From: Rhynchopus sp. YZ270_cl-10
Lineage: Eukaryota
DNA: 64,000 nucleotides
NCBI GenBank assembly: GCA_964035575.1
Contig: OZ037842.1
Coordinates: 62,001 to 126,000 of the forward strand
Reading direction: 5' to 3'
Below are positions 10,570-22,044 of the stretch, piece after piece; within the stretch, counting starts at the first letter, position 1, and each line of letters starts with the position of its first letter. The notes below the pieces were generated by a model. It was not told the origin of the DNA. It did not search any database and saw only the letters and a program-made list of their open reading frames with translations. A program made the position numbers and the translations under genes.

Positions 10570-13500
10570 CTAGTAGTGTTTCATCTCTGTGTGGGTGCCG
10601 TAGCCGCCACTGTCTGCAGGGGACCCTCCCTGTGCTTCGGGGTAAAGCTCGTCGTGGTTGATCTGCGACATGTACTGTGCAAGCTCGTCTACCTTGATAG
10701 CGTCCTGCTGCTTCTTCCTGTGCGCCAACGCAGCAGCACCGACAGACCCACACAGTAGCAGGACTCCGATAATCACAAAGATTATCCAAATCGGGAAGCC
10801 GCTGTCGTCGTCGTCTGCCTGAGGTGTCTGACCCGCAGCACCAGCAGCGCTCAGGTCACATCTCTGCAGCCACACAGGGGTGCTCGAGAAGCCAGCGGTG
10901 CTATGCTTGGTCCACCCAGCCGTAAAGGGAACACCAGTGCCCTTCGCATAGGCAAAGGTCCACTGCTTCCGCGACAGCAGGTTGTAATCCCCGTCCTCGA
11001 CGTAGCGGATGAAGGAGAACATGATCTGGTTGTTCTTCGCCGTCTGCGTCGAGGTCACCTGCGTCTGTGAGGGAGACAGCTGCGGCGGGCCGTTCGACGT
11101 CATCACAGTCGACGCCTTCACCTGCTCTCCAAGGGTTGCCGCATAGATCTGCAGCCCCTGCATACCCGTCCCTGTGCTGCTCGCCTCACGGATGCCCATC
11201 GCTGTCCAGTCTGTCAGATCTGCGTCCATTGTCACAGTGAACAGCACAGCGTCGTTCAGGTCGCGTTCTGCTGTTGCCTGGTCCACACCCACCAGACCGA
11301 GCTGGTACGTGATCTGGATCCCCGTTGCCGCAAACGCTACGTCCTGTGCAGGTGACTCCACGTTGTCCACAGCGCAGGGGTAGAACCCAGTTGTGCCCCC
11401 ACCCGACCCAGCAGGTGCGTTGGTAGGTGCGTCTGTGGGCGTCGCAGTGCTGCCAGGTGCGAGCGTGCCCTGGGTGTAGGGTGCCAGCGTCCTTGGCGAG
11501 CGTGTGATGCCGGGTCCCATCGTGATTGGTGTACGTGTGAAGCCATCCGGTGCTTCGGTGCTGTCTGGTGAGTACGTCGCCTGCAGCGGCGCATGTGTTG
11601 CTGGCGGCAGCGGCTGGCCAGGTGTTGCCGTGACACCAGGTGCGTGCGTTGGCTCTTCTGGCGCAAGCGTTCTTGGCACGAACGTCTCTGCGAGCGGCGG
11701 CAGCGTTCTAGACGGCGAGTCCGACAGCGGCACAAGCGAAGAGCCCTGTGGCGCTCCCGTGACGTCAGGTGAGTACGTCGGTGGCGACAGTGTCCTTGGC
11801 GACGGTGGTGACACCGAGGCAGGTGCGTTCGTTTGTGGGGGAAGTGTCACTCCTGGGGAACCTGTGATGGGTGCACGCGAAAATCCTGGCGGTGCTTCAG
11901 TACTGTCAGGAGAGTACGTTCCAGGTGTCAGCGATCTCGGGGTGATGGTCGGCGGTGCAGGTGTAAGAGGTGCGTCCGTTTGTGGGGGAAGTGTCACTCC
12001 TGGGGAACCTGTGATGGGTGCACGTGAAGATCCTGCCGGTGCTTCGGTACTGTCAGGAGAGTACGTTCCAGGTGTCAGTGATCTCGGAGTGATGGTCGGC
12101 GGTGCAGGTGTGGGAGGTGCGTCCGTTTGTGGGGGAAGTGTCACTCCTGGGGAACCTGTGATGGGTGCACGTGAAGATCCTGCCGGTGCTTCGGTACTGT
12201 CAGGAGAGTATGTTCCAGGTGTCAGCGATCTCGGGGTGATGGTCGGCGGGGCAGGTGTGGGAGGTGCGTCTGTCTGTGGAGGCAGTGTGACTCCTGGAGC
12301 ACCTGTGACGGGTGCACGTGAGGAACCTGCCGGTGCTTCGGTACTGTCAGGAGAGTATGTTCCAGGTGTCAGCGATCTCGGGGTGATGGTCGGCGGGGCA
12401 GGTGTGGGAGGTGCATCTGTCTGTGGAGGCAGTGTCACTCCTGGAGCAGCTGTGATGGGTGCAACTGTCATTCCTGGTGGTGCTGGAGTTGTGTCAGGAG
12501 AGTATGTTCCAGGTGTCAGCGATCTTGGGGTGATGGTCGGAGGTGCAGGTGTGGGAGGTGCGTTTGTCTGTGGGGGAAGTGTGACTCCTGGAGCAGCTGT
12601 GATGGGTGCAACTGTCATTCCTGGTGGTGCCTGAGTCATGTCAGGAGAGTATGTTCCAGGTGCCAGTGATCTCGGGGTGATCGTCGGCGGGGCAGGTGTG
12701 GGAGGTGCGTTCGTCTGTGGGGGAAGTGTCACTCCTGGAGCAGCCGTGATAGGTGCAACTGTCATTCCCGGTGGTGCCTGAGTCATGTCAGGAGAGTACG
12801 TTCCAGGTGCCAGTGATCTTGGGGTGATGGTCGGCGGTGCAGGGGTCGGAGGTGCGTTTGTCTGTGGGGGCAGTGTGACACCTGGAGCAGCCGTGATAGG
12901 TGCAACTGTCATTCCCGGTGGTGCCTGAGTCATGTCAGGAGAGTATGTTCCAGGTGCCAGCGATCTCGGGGTGATGGTTGGAGGTGCAGGTGTGGGAGGT
13001 GCGTTTGTCTGTGGGGGAAGTGTGACTCCTGGAGCAGCTGTGATGGGTGCAACTGTCATTCCTGGTGGTGCCTGAGTCATGTCAGGAGAGTATGTTCCAG
13101 GTGCCAGTGATCTCGGGGTGATCGTCGGCGGGGCAGGTGTGGGAGGTGCGTTCGTCTGTGGGGGAAGTGTCACTCCTGGAGCAGCCGTGATAGGTGCAAC
13201 TGTCATTCCCGGTGGTGCCTGAGTCATGTCAGGAGAGTACGTTCCAGGTGCCAGTGATCTTGGGGTGATGGTCGGCGGTGCAGGGGTCGGAGGTGCGTTC
13301 GTCTGTGGAGGCAGTGTGACACCTGGAGCAGCCGTGATAGGTGCAACTGTCATTCCTGGTGGTGCCTGAGTTGTGTCAGGAGAGTACGTTCCAGGTGCCA
13401 GCGATCTCGGGGTGATGGTTGGAGGTGCAGGTGTGGGAGGTGCGTTCGTCTGTGGAGGCAGTGTGACTCCTGGAGCAGCCGTGATAGGTGCAACTGTCAT

Positions 13501-16500
13501 TCCTGGTGGTGCCTGAGTTGTGTCAGGAGAGTACGTTCCAGGTGCCAGCGATCTTGGGGTGATGGTCGGCGGTGCAGGTGTGGGAGGTGCGTTTGTCTGT
13601 GGGGGAAGTGTGACTCCTGGAGCAGCCGTGATGGGTGCAACTGTCATTCCTGGTGGTGCTGGAGTCATGTCAGGAGAGTATGTTCCAGGTGCCAGCGATC
13701 TCGGGGTGATCGTCGGCGCTGCAGGAGCAGTTGTTGGCGGTGCGAGGGTATCGCACTTCTGAATGGTGTGCATCTCGCGACCGCGGTTTGTGGTGCCGTG
13801 GTAAGCCCAGGTGCTACCAACCTCGCCATCTCCGAACGCGTGGACTAGTCCGAAGGGTGCCCCGAACACAAGCGACTTCGTGCTGCTAGCAGGATCCACG
13901 TCGTAGATGTTACGTCTGAATGTGCACAGGAGTGTGCCGGCCACTTCAGTCGCAGATCCTGGGGTTGTCTCTGTGCTGTCCCTTGTGGTCGGAGCACCTA
14001 ATGCAGTCGTTGGCAAATATCCCCTCGGCCTCTCTGTGGTCGAGCATGCAACAACGCTGATCCCCTTCATGCCGTCGGCCGCTGCGTTGTTTGCAAACCC
14101 AAGAGCGGCGTACTGTGGGCTAACGCCAGCGTTGAGAGACACGCTAAACCGCACCTGGTCTTGTCCTGACTGCTCGTCCTTTCCAACAACGTATGTCACC
14201 TGCATCTTACCCAAAGTTAGGCTCACAGGTGTGCAAGGACCTGGCTGGAAACGTTGTGGGGACTCCGTTGCTGGGAGCATCGTACCCGTCGTTAATGTAG
14301 GTGGCGGCATCGTGAGTGGCGATAATGTAGGTGTGGCTGTCGGTGGTGGGTTGGTTGGTGGAACACCTGGAACTCCAGTCGGTGGTGCAGGTGTAGGTGG
14401 TGCGGGTGTTGGTGGTGCAGCTGTCGGCGGTGCCATTGTTGCTGGAGGGTTCGTAGCTGGTGGGTTCGTAGGTGGTGCAAGTGTCGCTGGTGGATTGGTT
14501 GGTGGAACACCTGGAACTCCAGTCGGTGGTGCAGGTGTAGGTGGTGCGGGTGTTGGTGGTGCAGCTGTAGGTGGTGCCATCGTTGCTGGAGGGTTCGTAG
14601 CTGGTGGGTTCGTAGGTGGTGCAAGTGTCGCTGGTGGATTGGTTGGTGGAACACCTGGGACTCCAGTCGGTGGTGCAGGTGTAGGTGGTGCGGGTGTTGG
14701 TGGTGCAGCTGTCGGCGGTGCCATCGTTGCTGGAGGGTTCGTAGCTGGTGGGTTCGTAGGTGGTGCAAGTGTCGCTGGAGGATTGGTTGGTGGAACACCT
14801 GGGACTCCTGTTGGTGGCGCCGGTGTAGGTGGTGCGGGTGTTGGCGGTGCTGGTGCCGTTGTCACTGGCGCAGTTGTAAGTGGTGCAGTTGTAACCGGTG
14901 CGGTAGTGGGTGCAATAGTAACTGGTGGATTGGTTGGTGGAACGCCTGGGACTCCTGTCGGTGGTGCAGGTGTCACCGGTGCGGGTGTTGGCGGTGCATT
15001 TGTAACAGGTGCAGTTGTCACTGGTGCAGGCGTCGGTGCAATCGTGTCTGGTGCCATAGTTTCACACTTGTCGATTGTCACCATCTGGCGACCACGGTTA
15101 GCTCCGCCGTGGTTCACCCATGTCGAACCCACGTCACCTGTTCCAAATGCATGAGCAAGGCCAAACGCAGTACCAAACACAAGCGACTTTGTGCTGCTCA
15201 TAGGGTCCACGTCGTAAATGTTACGCTGGAACGTGCACGTCAAAATGCCAGTTGCTTCTGTCGATGTTCCAGGAGTTGTCTCAGTGTTGTCCTGTGTTGT
15301 GGGTGCTCCAGTGCCAGTCGTCTGAGCGAATCCTTGTGGGTTCACGGAAGTCGAGCAGGCAACAATGTTCAGACCGTTCATGCCTGCAGGTGAGGCATTA
15401 TCAGTAAACCCAAGTGCTGCGTACTGTGGTGTGGAGCCAAGCTCCAGTGAGAGAGTGAACTGCACTTGGTCCTGTCCTGCATCCTTCCCAACAACGTAAC
15501 TGACAGACAACTGTCCCATTTTCAGGTTACCTGCCGCGCAAGCACCAGCCACGAATCCAGCCACCACTGGAGCAGGTGTTGGCGGTGCGGGAGTCGGAGG
15601 TGCAGGTGTCACTGGAGCAGGTGTTGGCGGTGCATTTGTAACAGGTGCAGTTGTCACTGGTGCAGGCGTCGGTGCAAGCGTGTCTGGTGCCATAGTTTCA
15701 CACTTGTCGATTGTCACCATCTGGCGTCCACGGTTAGCTCCGCCGTGGTTAACCCATGTCGAACCCACATCACCTGTTCCAAATGCATGAGCAAGGCCAA
15801 ACGCAGTACCAAACACAAGCGACTTCGTGCTGCTCATAGGGTCCACGTCGTAAATGTTACGCTGGAACGTGCACGTCAAAATGCCAGTTGCTTCTGTCGA
15901 TGTTCCCGGAGTTGTCTCAGTGTTGTCCTGTGTTGTGGGTGCTCCAGTGCCAGTCGTCTGAGCGAATCCTTGTGGGTTCACGGAAGTCGAGCAGGCAACA
16001 ATGTTCAGACCGTTCATGCCTGCAGGTGAGGAATTTTCAGTAAACCCAAGTGCTGCGTACTGTGGTGTGGAGCCAAGCTCCAGTGAGAGAGTGAACTGCA
16101 CTTGGTCCTGTCCTGCATCCTTCCCAACAACGTAACTGACAGACAACTGTCCCATTTTCAGGTTACCTGCCGCGCAAGCACCAGCCACGAATCCAGCCAC
16201 CACTGGAGCAGGTGTTGGCGGTGCGGGAGTCGGAGGTGCAGGTGTCACCGGTGCGGGTGTTGGCGGTGCATTTGTAACAGGTGCAGGCGTCGGTGCAATC
16301 GTGTCTGGTGCCATAGTTTCACACTTGTCGATTGTCACCATCTGGCGACCACGGTTAGCTCCGCCGTGGTTCACCCATGTCGAACCCACGTCACCTGTTC
16401 CAAATGCATGAGCAAGGCCAAACGCAGTACCAAACACAAGCGACTTCGTGCTGCTCATAGGGTCCACGTCGTAAATGTTACGCTGGAACGTGCACGTCAA

Positions 16501-18015
16501 AATGCCAGTTGCTTCTGTCGATGTTCCCGGAGTTGTCTCAGTGTTGTCCTGTGTTGTGGGTGCTCCAGTGCCAGTCGTCTGAGCGAATCCTTGTGGGTTC
16601 ACGGAAGTCGAGCAGGCAACAATGTTCAGACCGTTCATGCCTGCAGGTGAGGAATTTTCAGTAAACCCAAGTGCTGCGTACTGTGGTGTGGAGCCAAGCT
16701 CCAGTGAGAGAGTGAACTGCACTTGGTCCTGTCCTGCATCCTTCCCAACAACGTAACTGACAGACAACTGTCCCATTTTCAGGTTACCTGCCGCGCAAGC
16801 ACCAGCCACGAATCCAGCCACCACTGGCGCAGGTGTTGGCGGTGCCGGTGTCACTGGTGCAGGCGTCGGTGCAATCGTGTCTGGTGCCATAGTTTCACAC
16901 TTGTCGATTGTCACCATCTGGCGACCACGGTTAGCTCCGCCGTGGTTCACCCATGTCGAACCCACGTCTCCCATACCAAATGCAAGAGCAAGGCCAAACG
17001 CAGTACCAAACACAAGCGACTTCGTGCTGCTCATAGGGTCCACGTCGTAAATGTTACGCTGGAACGTGCATGTCAGTGACCCACCTGTTTCTGTCGATGT
17101 TCCAGGAGTTGTCTCAGTGTTGTCCTGTGTTGTGGGTGCTCCAGTGCCAGTCGTCTGAGCGAATCCTTGTGGGTTCACGGAAGTCGAGCAAGCAACAATG
17201 TTCAGACCGTTCATGCCTGCAGGTGTAGCATCATCAGCAAACCCAAGTGCTGCGTACTGTGGTGTGGAGCCAGAGTTCAAAGTAACTGTGAACTGCACCT
17301 GGTCCTGTCCTGCATCCTTCCCAACAACGTAACTGACAGACAATCTAGCAAGGTTCACGTTACCTGCCGCGCAAGCACCAGCCACGAATCCAGCCACCAC
17401 TGGAGCAGGTGTTGGCGGTGCGGGAGTCGGAGGTGCAGGCGCAGGTGTTGGCGGTGCGTTCGTCACTGTGCATTTAACGATGTTGATATTTTCGCGACCG
17501 CGGTTGGTACCATGGTATGCCCACGTGGAGCCAACCTCGCCAGGTCCGTATCCCCATGCAAGCCCAAAGTCAGCGCCAAACACAATTGAGTTAGTGCTGC
17601 TGCCAGGGTCGGTCACAAACATGTCACGGAAAATCACACACGTGAGTTTTCCTGCAGCTTCAGAAATTGTTCCAAAGGATGTCTCGGTGTTGTCGATTGT
17701 CGTCGGCGCGCCGGTGCCCATTGTCGTCTGGTATGCGTTCCCTGTGCCTGATGTGGAGCACGCAGCAAGACTCAGGTCCATCATGTTGTTCGGCATGCTG
17801 TTGGGTGCGATACCGATGGACGCCCACTGTGGGGTTTGACCGGAAGCGATTGAGATAGTGAACCTGGCCTGGTCCTGAGCACCGTCCATTCCGTCCACAA
17901 TGGAGATGTCCATGTCACCAACCTTCAGGTCAAGGGCACCACACAGGCTCTGCACAAATTGAGTGTTGAACGCATGAATCTGCGCCAGCAGCGTTACTGC
18001 TGTGATCCAGCGCAT
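10570..18015 (-). CDS. DOMON-like/mucin type I membrane protein, paralog 2 (2481 aa; 7 DOMON-like domains)
   Basis: Signal peptide, then 5 tandem ~170-aa beta-rich domains (YAALGF, GMNGLNIVAC, LTCTFQR, WVNHGGANRG), PT repeats, a sixth domain, a 13x49-aa stalk and a seventh domain. It ends in a TM helix (FPIWIIFVIIGVLLLCGSVGAAAL) and a short Tyr-containing tail. Confidence 0.92.
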   Translation of the reverse strand: MRWITAVTLLAQIHAFNTQFVQSLCGALDLKVGDMDISIVDGMDGAQDQARFTISIASGQTPQWASIGIAPNSMPNNMMDLSLAACSTSGTGNAYQTTMGTGAPTTIDNTETSFGTISEAAGKLTCVIFRDMFVTDPGSSTNSIVFGADFGLAWGYGPGEVGSTWAYHGTNRGRENINIVKCTVTNAPPTPAPAPPTPAPPTPAPVVAGFVAGACAAGNVNLARLSVSYVVGKDAGQDQVQFTVTLNSGSTPQYAALGFADDATPAGMNGLNIVACSTSVNPQGFAQTTGTGAPTTQDNTETTPGTSTETGGSLTCTFQRNIYDVDPMSSTKSLVFGTAFGLALAFGMGDVGSTWVNHGGANRGRQMVTIDKCETMAPDTIAPTPAPVTPAPPTPAPVVAGFVAGACAAGNLKMGQLSVSYVVGKDAGQDQVQFTLSLELGSTPQYAALGFTENSSPAGMNGLNIVACSTSVNPQGFAQTTGTGAPTTQDNTETTPGTSTEATGILTCTFQRNIYDVDPMSSTKSLVFGTAFGLAHAFGTGDVGSTWVNHGGANRGRQMVTIDKCETMAPDTIAPTPAPVTNAPPTPAPVTPAPPTPAPPTPAPVVAGFVAGACAAGNLKMGQLSVSYVVGKDAGQDQVQFTLSLELGSTPQYAALGFTENSSPAGMNGLNIVACSTSVNPQGFAQTTGTGAPTTQDNTETTPGTSTEATGILTCTFQRNIYDVDPMSSTKSLVFGTAFGLAHAFGTGDVGSTWVNHGGANRGRQMVTIDKCETMAPDTLAPTPAPVTTAPVTNAPPTPAPVTPAPPTPAPPTPAPVVAGFVAGACAAGNLKMGQLSVSYVVGKDAGQDQVQFTLSLELGSTPQYAALGFTDNASPAGMNGLNIVACSTSVNPQGFAQTTGTGAPTTQDNTETTPGTSTEATGILTCTFQRNIYDVDPMSSTKSLVFGTAFGLAHAFGTGDVGSTWVNHGGANRGRQMVTIDKCETMAPDTIAPTPAPVTTAPVTNAPPTPAPVTPAPPTGVPGVPPTNPPVTIAPTTAPVTTAPLTTAPVTTAPAPPTPAPPTPAPPTGVPGVPPTNPPATLAPPTNPPATNPPATMAPPTAAPPTPAPPTPAPPTGVPGVPPTNPPATLAPPTNPPATNPPATMAPPTAAPPTPAPPTPAPPTGVPGVPPTNPPATLAPPTNPPATNPPATMAPPTAAPPTPAPPTPAPPTGVPGVPPTNPPPTATPTLSPLTMPPPTLTTGTMLPATESPQRFQPGPCTPVSLTLGKMQVTYVVGKDEQSGQDQVRFSVSLNAGVSPQYAALGFANNAAADGMKGISVVACSTTERPRGYLPTTALGAPTTRDSTETTPGSATEVAGTLLCTFRRNIYDVDPASSTKSLVFGAPFGLVHAFGDGEVGSTWAYHGTTNRGREMHTIQKCDTLAPPTTAPAAPTITPRSLAPGTYSPDMTPAPPGMTVAPITAAPGVTLPPQTNAPPTPAPPTITPRSLAPGTYSPDTTQAPPGMTVAPITAAPGVTLPPQTNAPPTPAPPTITPRSLAPGTYSPDTTQAPPGMTVAPITAAPGVTLPPQTNAPPTPAPPTITPRSLAPGTYSPDMTQAPPGMTVAPITAAPGVTLPPQTNAPPTPAPPTITPRSLAPGTYSPDMTQAPPGMTVAPITAAPGVTLPPQTNAPPTPAPPTITPRSLAPGTYSPDMTQAPPGMTVAPITAAPGVTLPPQTNAPPTPAPPTITPRSLAPGTYSPDMTQAPPGMTVAPITAAPGVTLPPQTNAPPTPAPPTITPRSLAPGTYSPDMTQAPPGMTVAPITAAPGVTLPPQTNAPPTPAPPTITPRSLTPGTYSPDTTPAPPGMTVAPITAAPGVTLPPQTDAPPTPAPPTITPRSLTPGTYSPDSTEAPAGSSRAPVTGAPGVTLPPQTDAPPTPAPPTITPRSLTPGTYSPDSTEAPAGSSRAPITGSPGVTLPPQTDAPPTPAPPTITPRSLTPGTYSPDSTEAPAGSSRAPITGSPGVTLPPQTDAPLTPAPPTITPRSLTPGTYSPDSTEAPPGFSRAPITGSPGVTLPPQTNAPASVSPPSPRTLSPPTYSPDVTGAPQGSSLVPLSDSPSRTLPPLAETFVPRTLAPEEPTHAPGVTATPGQPLPPATHAPLQATYSPDSTEAPDGFTRTPITMGPGITRSPRTLAPYTQGTLAPGSTATPTDAPTNAPAGSGGGTTGFYPCAVDNVESPAQDVAFAATGIQITYQLGLVGVDQATAERDLNDAVLFTVTMDADLTDWTAMGIREASSTGTGMQGLQIYAATLGEQVKASTVMTSNGPPQLSPSQTQVTSTQTAKNNQIMFSFIRYVEDGDYNLLSRKQWTFAYAKGTGVPFTAGWTKHSTAGFSSTPVWLQRCDLSAAGAAGQTPQADDDDSGFPIWIIFVIIGVLLLCGSVGAAALAHRKKQQDAIKVDELAQYMSQINHDELYPEAQGGSPADSGGYGTHTEMKHY
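11810..13720 (-). repeat. Coding tandem repeat, 147 bp (49 aa), 13 units
   Basis: GGAGAGTA anchors every 147 bp from about 11909 to 13673. A separate 144-bp (48-aa) PT repeat lies at about 14340-14830. Confidence 0.95.
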
Positions 18016-18712
18016 TGTTTAAGTAATTTGTCCTGGTTTAGATGTGGCGAGGGAGGGGAGAGGGTGGGATCATTGGCAAGCAAACTCAACAATATTGTCA
18101 TCAGCGCAGAAGAATGAGACGCAGCTGTTGTGAGAATGTCAGAACAGGAGTGCACTTCGTACGAGAGTTGCTGCCCAAAAGCACTTTCTTTTCACTCGTT
18201 GGACACGTACCCGAAGACACGCGGAGGAATCAGAACAGTTTCATAACAGGTAAAAAACGGCGAAAGAAAAAAACAATAAAACAGTCAAACCAGATGCTGG
18301 AGAAGACATGGTTCTGCGACTGGAAAGCTATGAGGAAAGTATTGCGGGTGGCAGGTGACGGTGTTTGTTGGCGTTCCAACCTGTGCAAAGACGGGCATGA
18401 CCCCTTTGCCCGGTACAAGAAACACCTGCGTGTGTATTAAATTATTTCGTATTTTGCTTAGCCGCGGATACGCTGGCTCCTTTGCAACCTTCGTAGGCAG
18501 CGCCGCTCCGGTGGGTGCAGGGCTGAAGAGTCGCAGGACACGTTGTTTGTAAAAAAAAACAAGTAATTGCTATCGGAAAAAAAACGGGGTGTGATGTGGA
18601 ACTCCATCCTGTAGAAATAATCTACAACACGCCCAGCATTCTGCTCTTCTGCAGGTATGTTAACGCTCTTCGTACGCTGCCAGACCCACTGGGACGCCAG
18701 CATCTGAAACGT

Positions 18713-18930
18713 TCAAGAAGGGGGGCTGTCCTCTTCGTCCAGCACCATCTGCTCGATAGCGTTGTTGGACGTCGGATCGGCTGGCTCGGCGTGTTCCAGC
18801 TCGTTTTTGTCCACAGGGTCCCCACATTGTCGTCGTCGTTGGAGCAGTGCGGAAGGAACACAGAATGAACAGACTACAACACATCGATCACACCAGGCAC
18901 ATCAGCACCTCCAGCAAATCGCCAGGATGC
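18713..18930 (-). pseudogene. Possible relic of a membrane-protein C-terminus (TM remnant plus cytoplasmic tail)
   Basis: One minus frame reads ALLQRRRQCGDPVDKNELEHAEPADPTSNNAIEQMVLDEEDSPPS*, preceded by broken hydrophobic codons. No start codon. Confidence 0.3.
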
Positions 18931-19538
18931 TACGGTGGTTTCGAAAATCGCGCGGAGTTTTCCACAGCACACCCCGTTTTTTCTTAGCAATTACTTGTCC
19001 TTGTTGTTATTGTTGTTTTCAACCACCTTCCTTCAACCCTTGTAGGGATCATTTGTTATTTTTTCGCGAAAACATGAAATTACACATTTCAAGAGAACAA
19101 ATTAAAAAGGGTCCTTATTTGCATTTTTGGGATTCACCCGTGCAGTGGTGGGGTCAATCTCGAAAATTGGACAATTTTTTGACCACTTAAATTTTGAGAA
19201 ATATGAGCCCGGTTCCTTATACGTGGGGCCCATTTTCAGCTAAAATTTTCCTCAAAATCTGGTTTTGTAAAATTGACCCTTTCCCCCCCCCCACATCGAT
19301 TTCAATACTATACCTTACTTCACCTACGGTTGCCCTTACAGGGGGGGTGAAGGAAGGTAAGTTGAAAATCAAGTAAGAACATCAGAATAAAATGAAGACA
19401 TCTGAAAGGTAAGTGCGCACATGAGGAGAGGAGAGTTGGGCCAGGTGCCAGGACTATCACAAGAAAATAGACAACTGTTTGTCGCTGAGACTGGAATACT
19501 CCAAGAACCACCTTAAAGTAGGCAGCGTCTCAACAGCA

Positions 19539-20570
19539 CTACAGCTTGCTGCCACCCTTCCGCATAAACGGCTTCAAGTCTTCTTCGGAGATGTGCAGCC
19601 CTTCGAACCCTGCCTGGATGTCCTTCCCAGAGTCACGCAGCTGCACTGCCTTCTTGAATCCATCCCTTTGCGCCATCTTCGAGAAAAAGATGCCCTCCGG
19701 TGTGTGTCGTGAGGCACCGTCCAGAACACTTGACATCTCCTGCACACCTTCGATGGAGCCACCGTAGGCTCCGTTTGCAACACGGTTGAGCACAGCTTTG
19801 TTGAACCAGAGCTGGTTTGCGGGTACGCCTGCCATCTTCCCAGCAAAGTCGCGAGCGTAGCCCTCCATCTCTGCATACGAAGCAAAGTCGCCACGCAGCG
19901 CAATGCCAAAGCGCTTCTCAGCTTCGACACCACTGATGAGCGACCCTGTGAGCATCATGTACTTCGCCTGCTGGATGTTCATCCCACACTTCGCAGCCCA
20001 CATCGCAGTGGTAGGCACGCCCCAAAGCCGCGTAGGCGGGTAGCCGATCTTGGCCGTCGCAGTCATCAGCACGAAGTCGCAGCACAGAGCAATGTCGCTC
20101 CCACCCGCAACAGCACCGCCGTGCACAAGAGCGATGGTGGGCTTGCGAGAGTTGAACAAAGACATATAACACCGTGTGTACCCTGCGGGGTAGTCGCCTG
20201 GTCCCATCACGGCAAAGTCTGCAGCAGGGTCCCAGGGAAGCTTCTGCATGCAGTGGATCTCGTTTGTGCTTTCGGATGAGTCCTTTAGGTCGTAGCCTGC
20301 ACAGAAGAAGTCGCCTTTGCCTCTGACGAGAATGACACGCACGCGTTCATCCACGTTCGCAGCAGTGACACACCGCATGAGCTCGTGCGGCAGATGGTTG
20401 TCAATCGCGTTGTAACGGTGTGGACGGTTCAGTGTAATCCACGCAAAACGCTGCTCCGCATCCACCTCATAGCTGACAGACTTCAGACCGGTCGTGTCAA
20501 ACGACAGCACGCTTGGTGCTGCCGCCTTCCAGTCCGCGCTGGTCACTTCGTACGAGAGTTGCTTTGCCAT
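19539..20570 (-). CDS. Enoyl-CoA hydratase/isomerase (crotonase superfamily) with C-terminal PTS1 (SKL)
   Basis: Motifs ITLNRPHRYNAI, FCAGYDL, KPTIALVHGGAVAGGSDIALCCD and AKYMMLTG. Ends GGSKL*. Confidence 0.95.
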   Translation of the reverse strand: MAKQLSYEVTSADWKAAAPSVLSFDTTGLKSVSYEVDAEQRFAWITLNRPHRYNAIDNHLPHELMRCVTAANVDERVRVILVRGKGDFFCAGYDLKDSSESTNEIHCMQKLPWDPAADFAVMGPGDYPAGYTRCYMSLFNSRKPTIALVHGGAVAGGSDIALCCDFVLMTATAKIGYPPTRLWGVPTTAMWAAKCGMNIQQAKYMMLTGSLISGVEAEKRFGIALRGDFASYAEMEGYARDFAGKMAGVPANQLWFNKAVLNRVANGAYGGSIEGVQEMSSVLDGASRHTPEGIFFSKMAQRDGFKKAVQLRDSGKDIQAGFEGLHISEEDLKPFMRKGGSKL

Positions 20571-22044
20571 TCTTGTTCGTTTCTGGTGGGGAGGTCAGGG
20601 GATCAGGGGGTAAGGGGGTACGGTAGGTGATAAGCAGATGAGAACTACAGAAAATCCTTTTTTTCTCTCCAGGTGTGTCTTCAGGCATGTGGGATGGGGA
20701 GTGGATATCGGTGCCACAATTCCATTTAAGCGATAGCGGAGGTTGTGTGGGGTCTGGCTTTTTATTGCATAAAACGAAAGTCCCTGCACCTACGACACCG
20801 ACTTTCCCCACCACTGCAAGCAAAGATCTTCTTAGCAAGATGTGGAAAAAAAAAAATAGCAAAAATCCACATCGTCTGATAAGATGGGATGCAATCCGTG
20901 GAATGGTTTGCAAAAAAAAAACCTCCCCTAATCGTTCGTTTTTGAGGGGCAAAATGGGACAAAAACCAACCTGAAATACGGCGAACCCCTGGAGCATATA
21001 GCAACCTCTTTGATAATGCACAAGGGTGGATGGGTGTGGATGTGGAGAGGTGTGGATTACCATCCAAGGCTTGAACCGTTATTCTGAAAACCCTTTTGGA
21101 CAGGATTTTGACAATAACAGAAAAAAGCCTGAAAAGCTAAAACCCCAGGGGGAAAAAAAAAATATCACTAAATTGACGCACAAAACTGAATATATACTGC
21201 GGGGAGAAAAGGCCAAATGTTACTAAATTAAAAATGCGTAAATAAAGAACGTTTCCTCTCCCCCCCTATACCCCCTTCCCCCTCCTCCTCCTCCTCCTCC
21301 TCCTCCTCCCCTCTGCATAATATATTATCCTCTACCACTCATGATGTAACCTCGCAAGAAACTTCGAGACAAAACCTTTGTGTGGAACCAGGAAAAGGCT
21401 AATGCGATTTCAAAACAAACCCCTGAATGGTGCTCCGGGGAGGGGTCGATATTGACAGGTCACAGGTCGTTGTCAACTTGACCGACCTCCGAAAGCACCA
21501 TTAATAATGGCATTGAACATTTTTTTTTTTGTTGAAAACTTGGTTGTATTAGTGTAGACACCCGAGGAGCCACCCTAGAGTGTGCTCCACTATAGTTTTC
21601 TTTTTGCCACGTGAACAACGCGTTGATGCCACTGTATGTATAATATTTTTAGTGATCAAACAACGCTGGATACACTATATAAATATATTGTATAACAGTT
21701 GTCCAAAAAGAGAGTAGGTGGGCATCTCTGGCTGACCCACGTACGATGCCAGCCGGAGGAAAGCACAAAGTACCCTGCGGCCAACAACAGAATGTAAGAG
21801 AAACAAAAAATATGTCCAAAATAAAATAAAATACCCCGTGTTCACCCTTGCTCTGCTGACAACAAAACATAAAAAAAGTGGTTTTCGTCAAAAAAAAAAG
21901 TCAAAAAGTCAAAAAGTCAGAAAAAAAAAAATGCTGGACTTTGACAACATTTTCCAAAAGTACTGAATTTGGCACGCAGAATATTTGCAACAAAGCTGGG
22001 GGGAAAGTTGCAAAAAAGCAAAAAAAAATAACTATTTATTCAAC

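Noticed and set aside
560..13720. Regular 147-bp arrays as possible CRISPR arrays
   Set aside because: They are in-frame coding repeats without unique spacers, there are no cas genes, and the context is eukaryotic.
18153..18171. About 20-nt match to the 5' end of the crotonase gene (cacttcgtacgagagttgct)
   Set aside because: Too short to call a duplicated pseudogene, and the match does not extend on either side.
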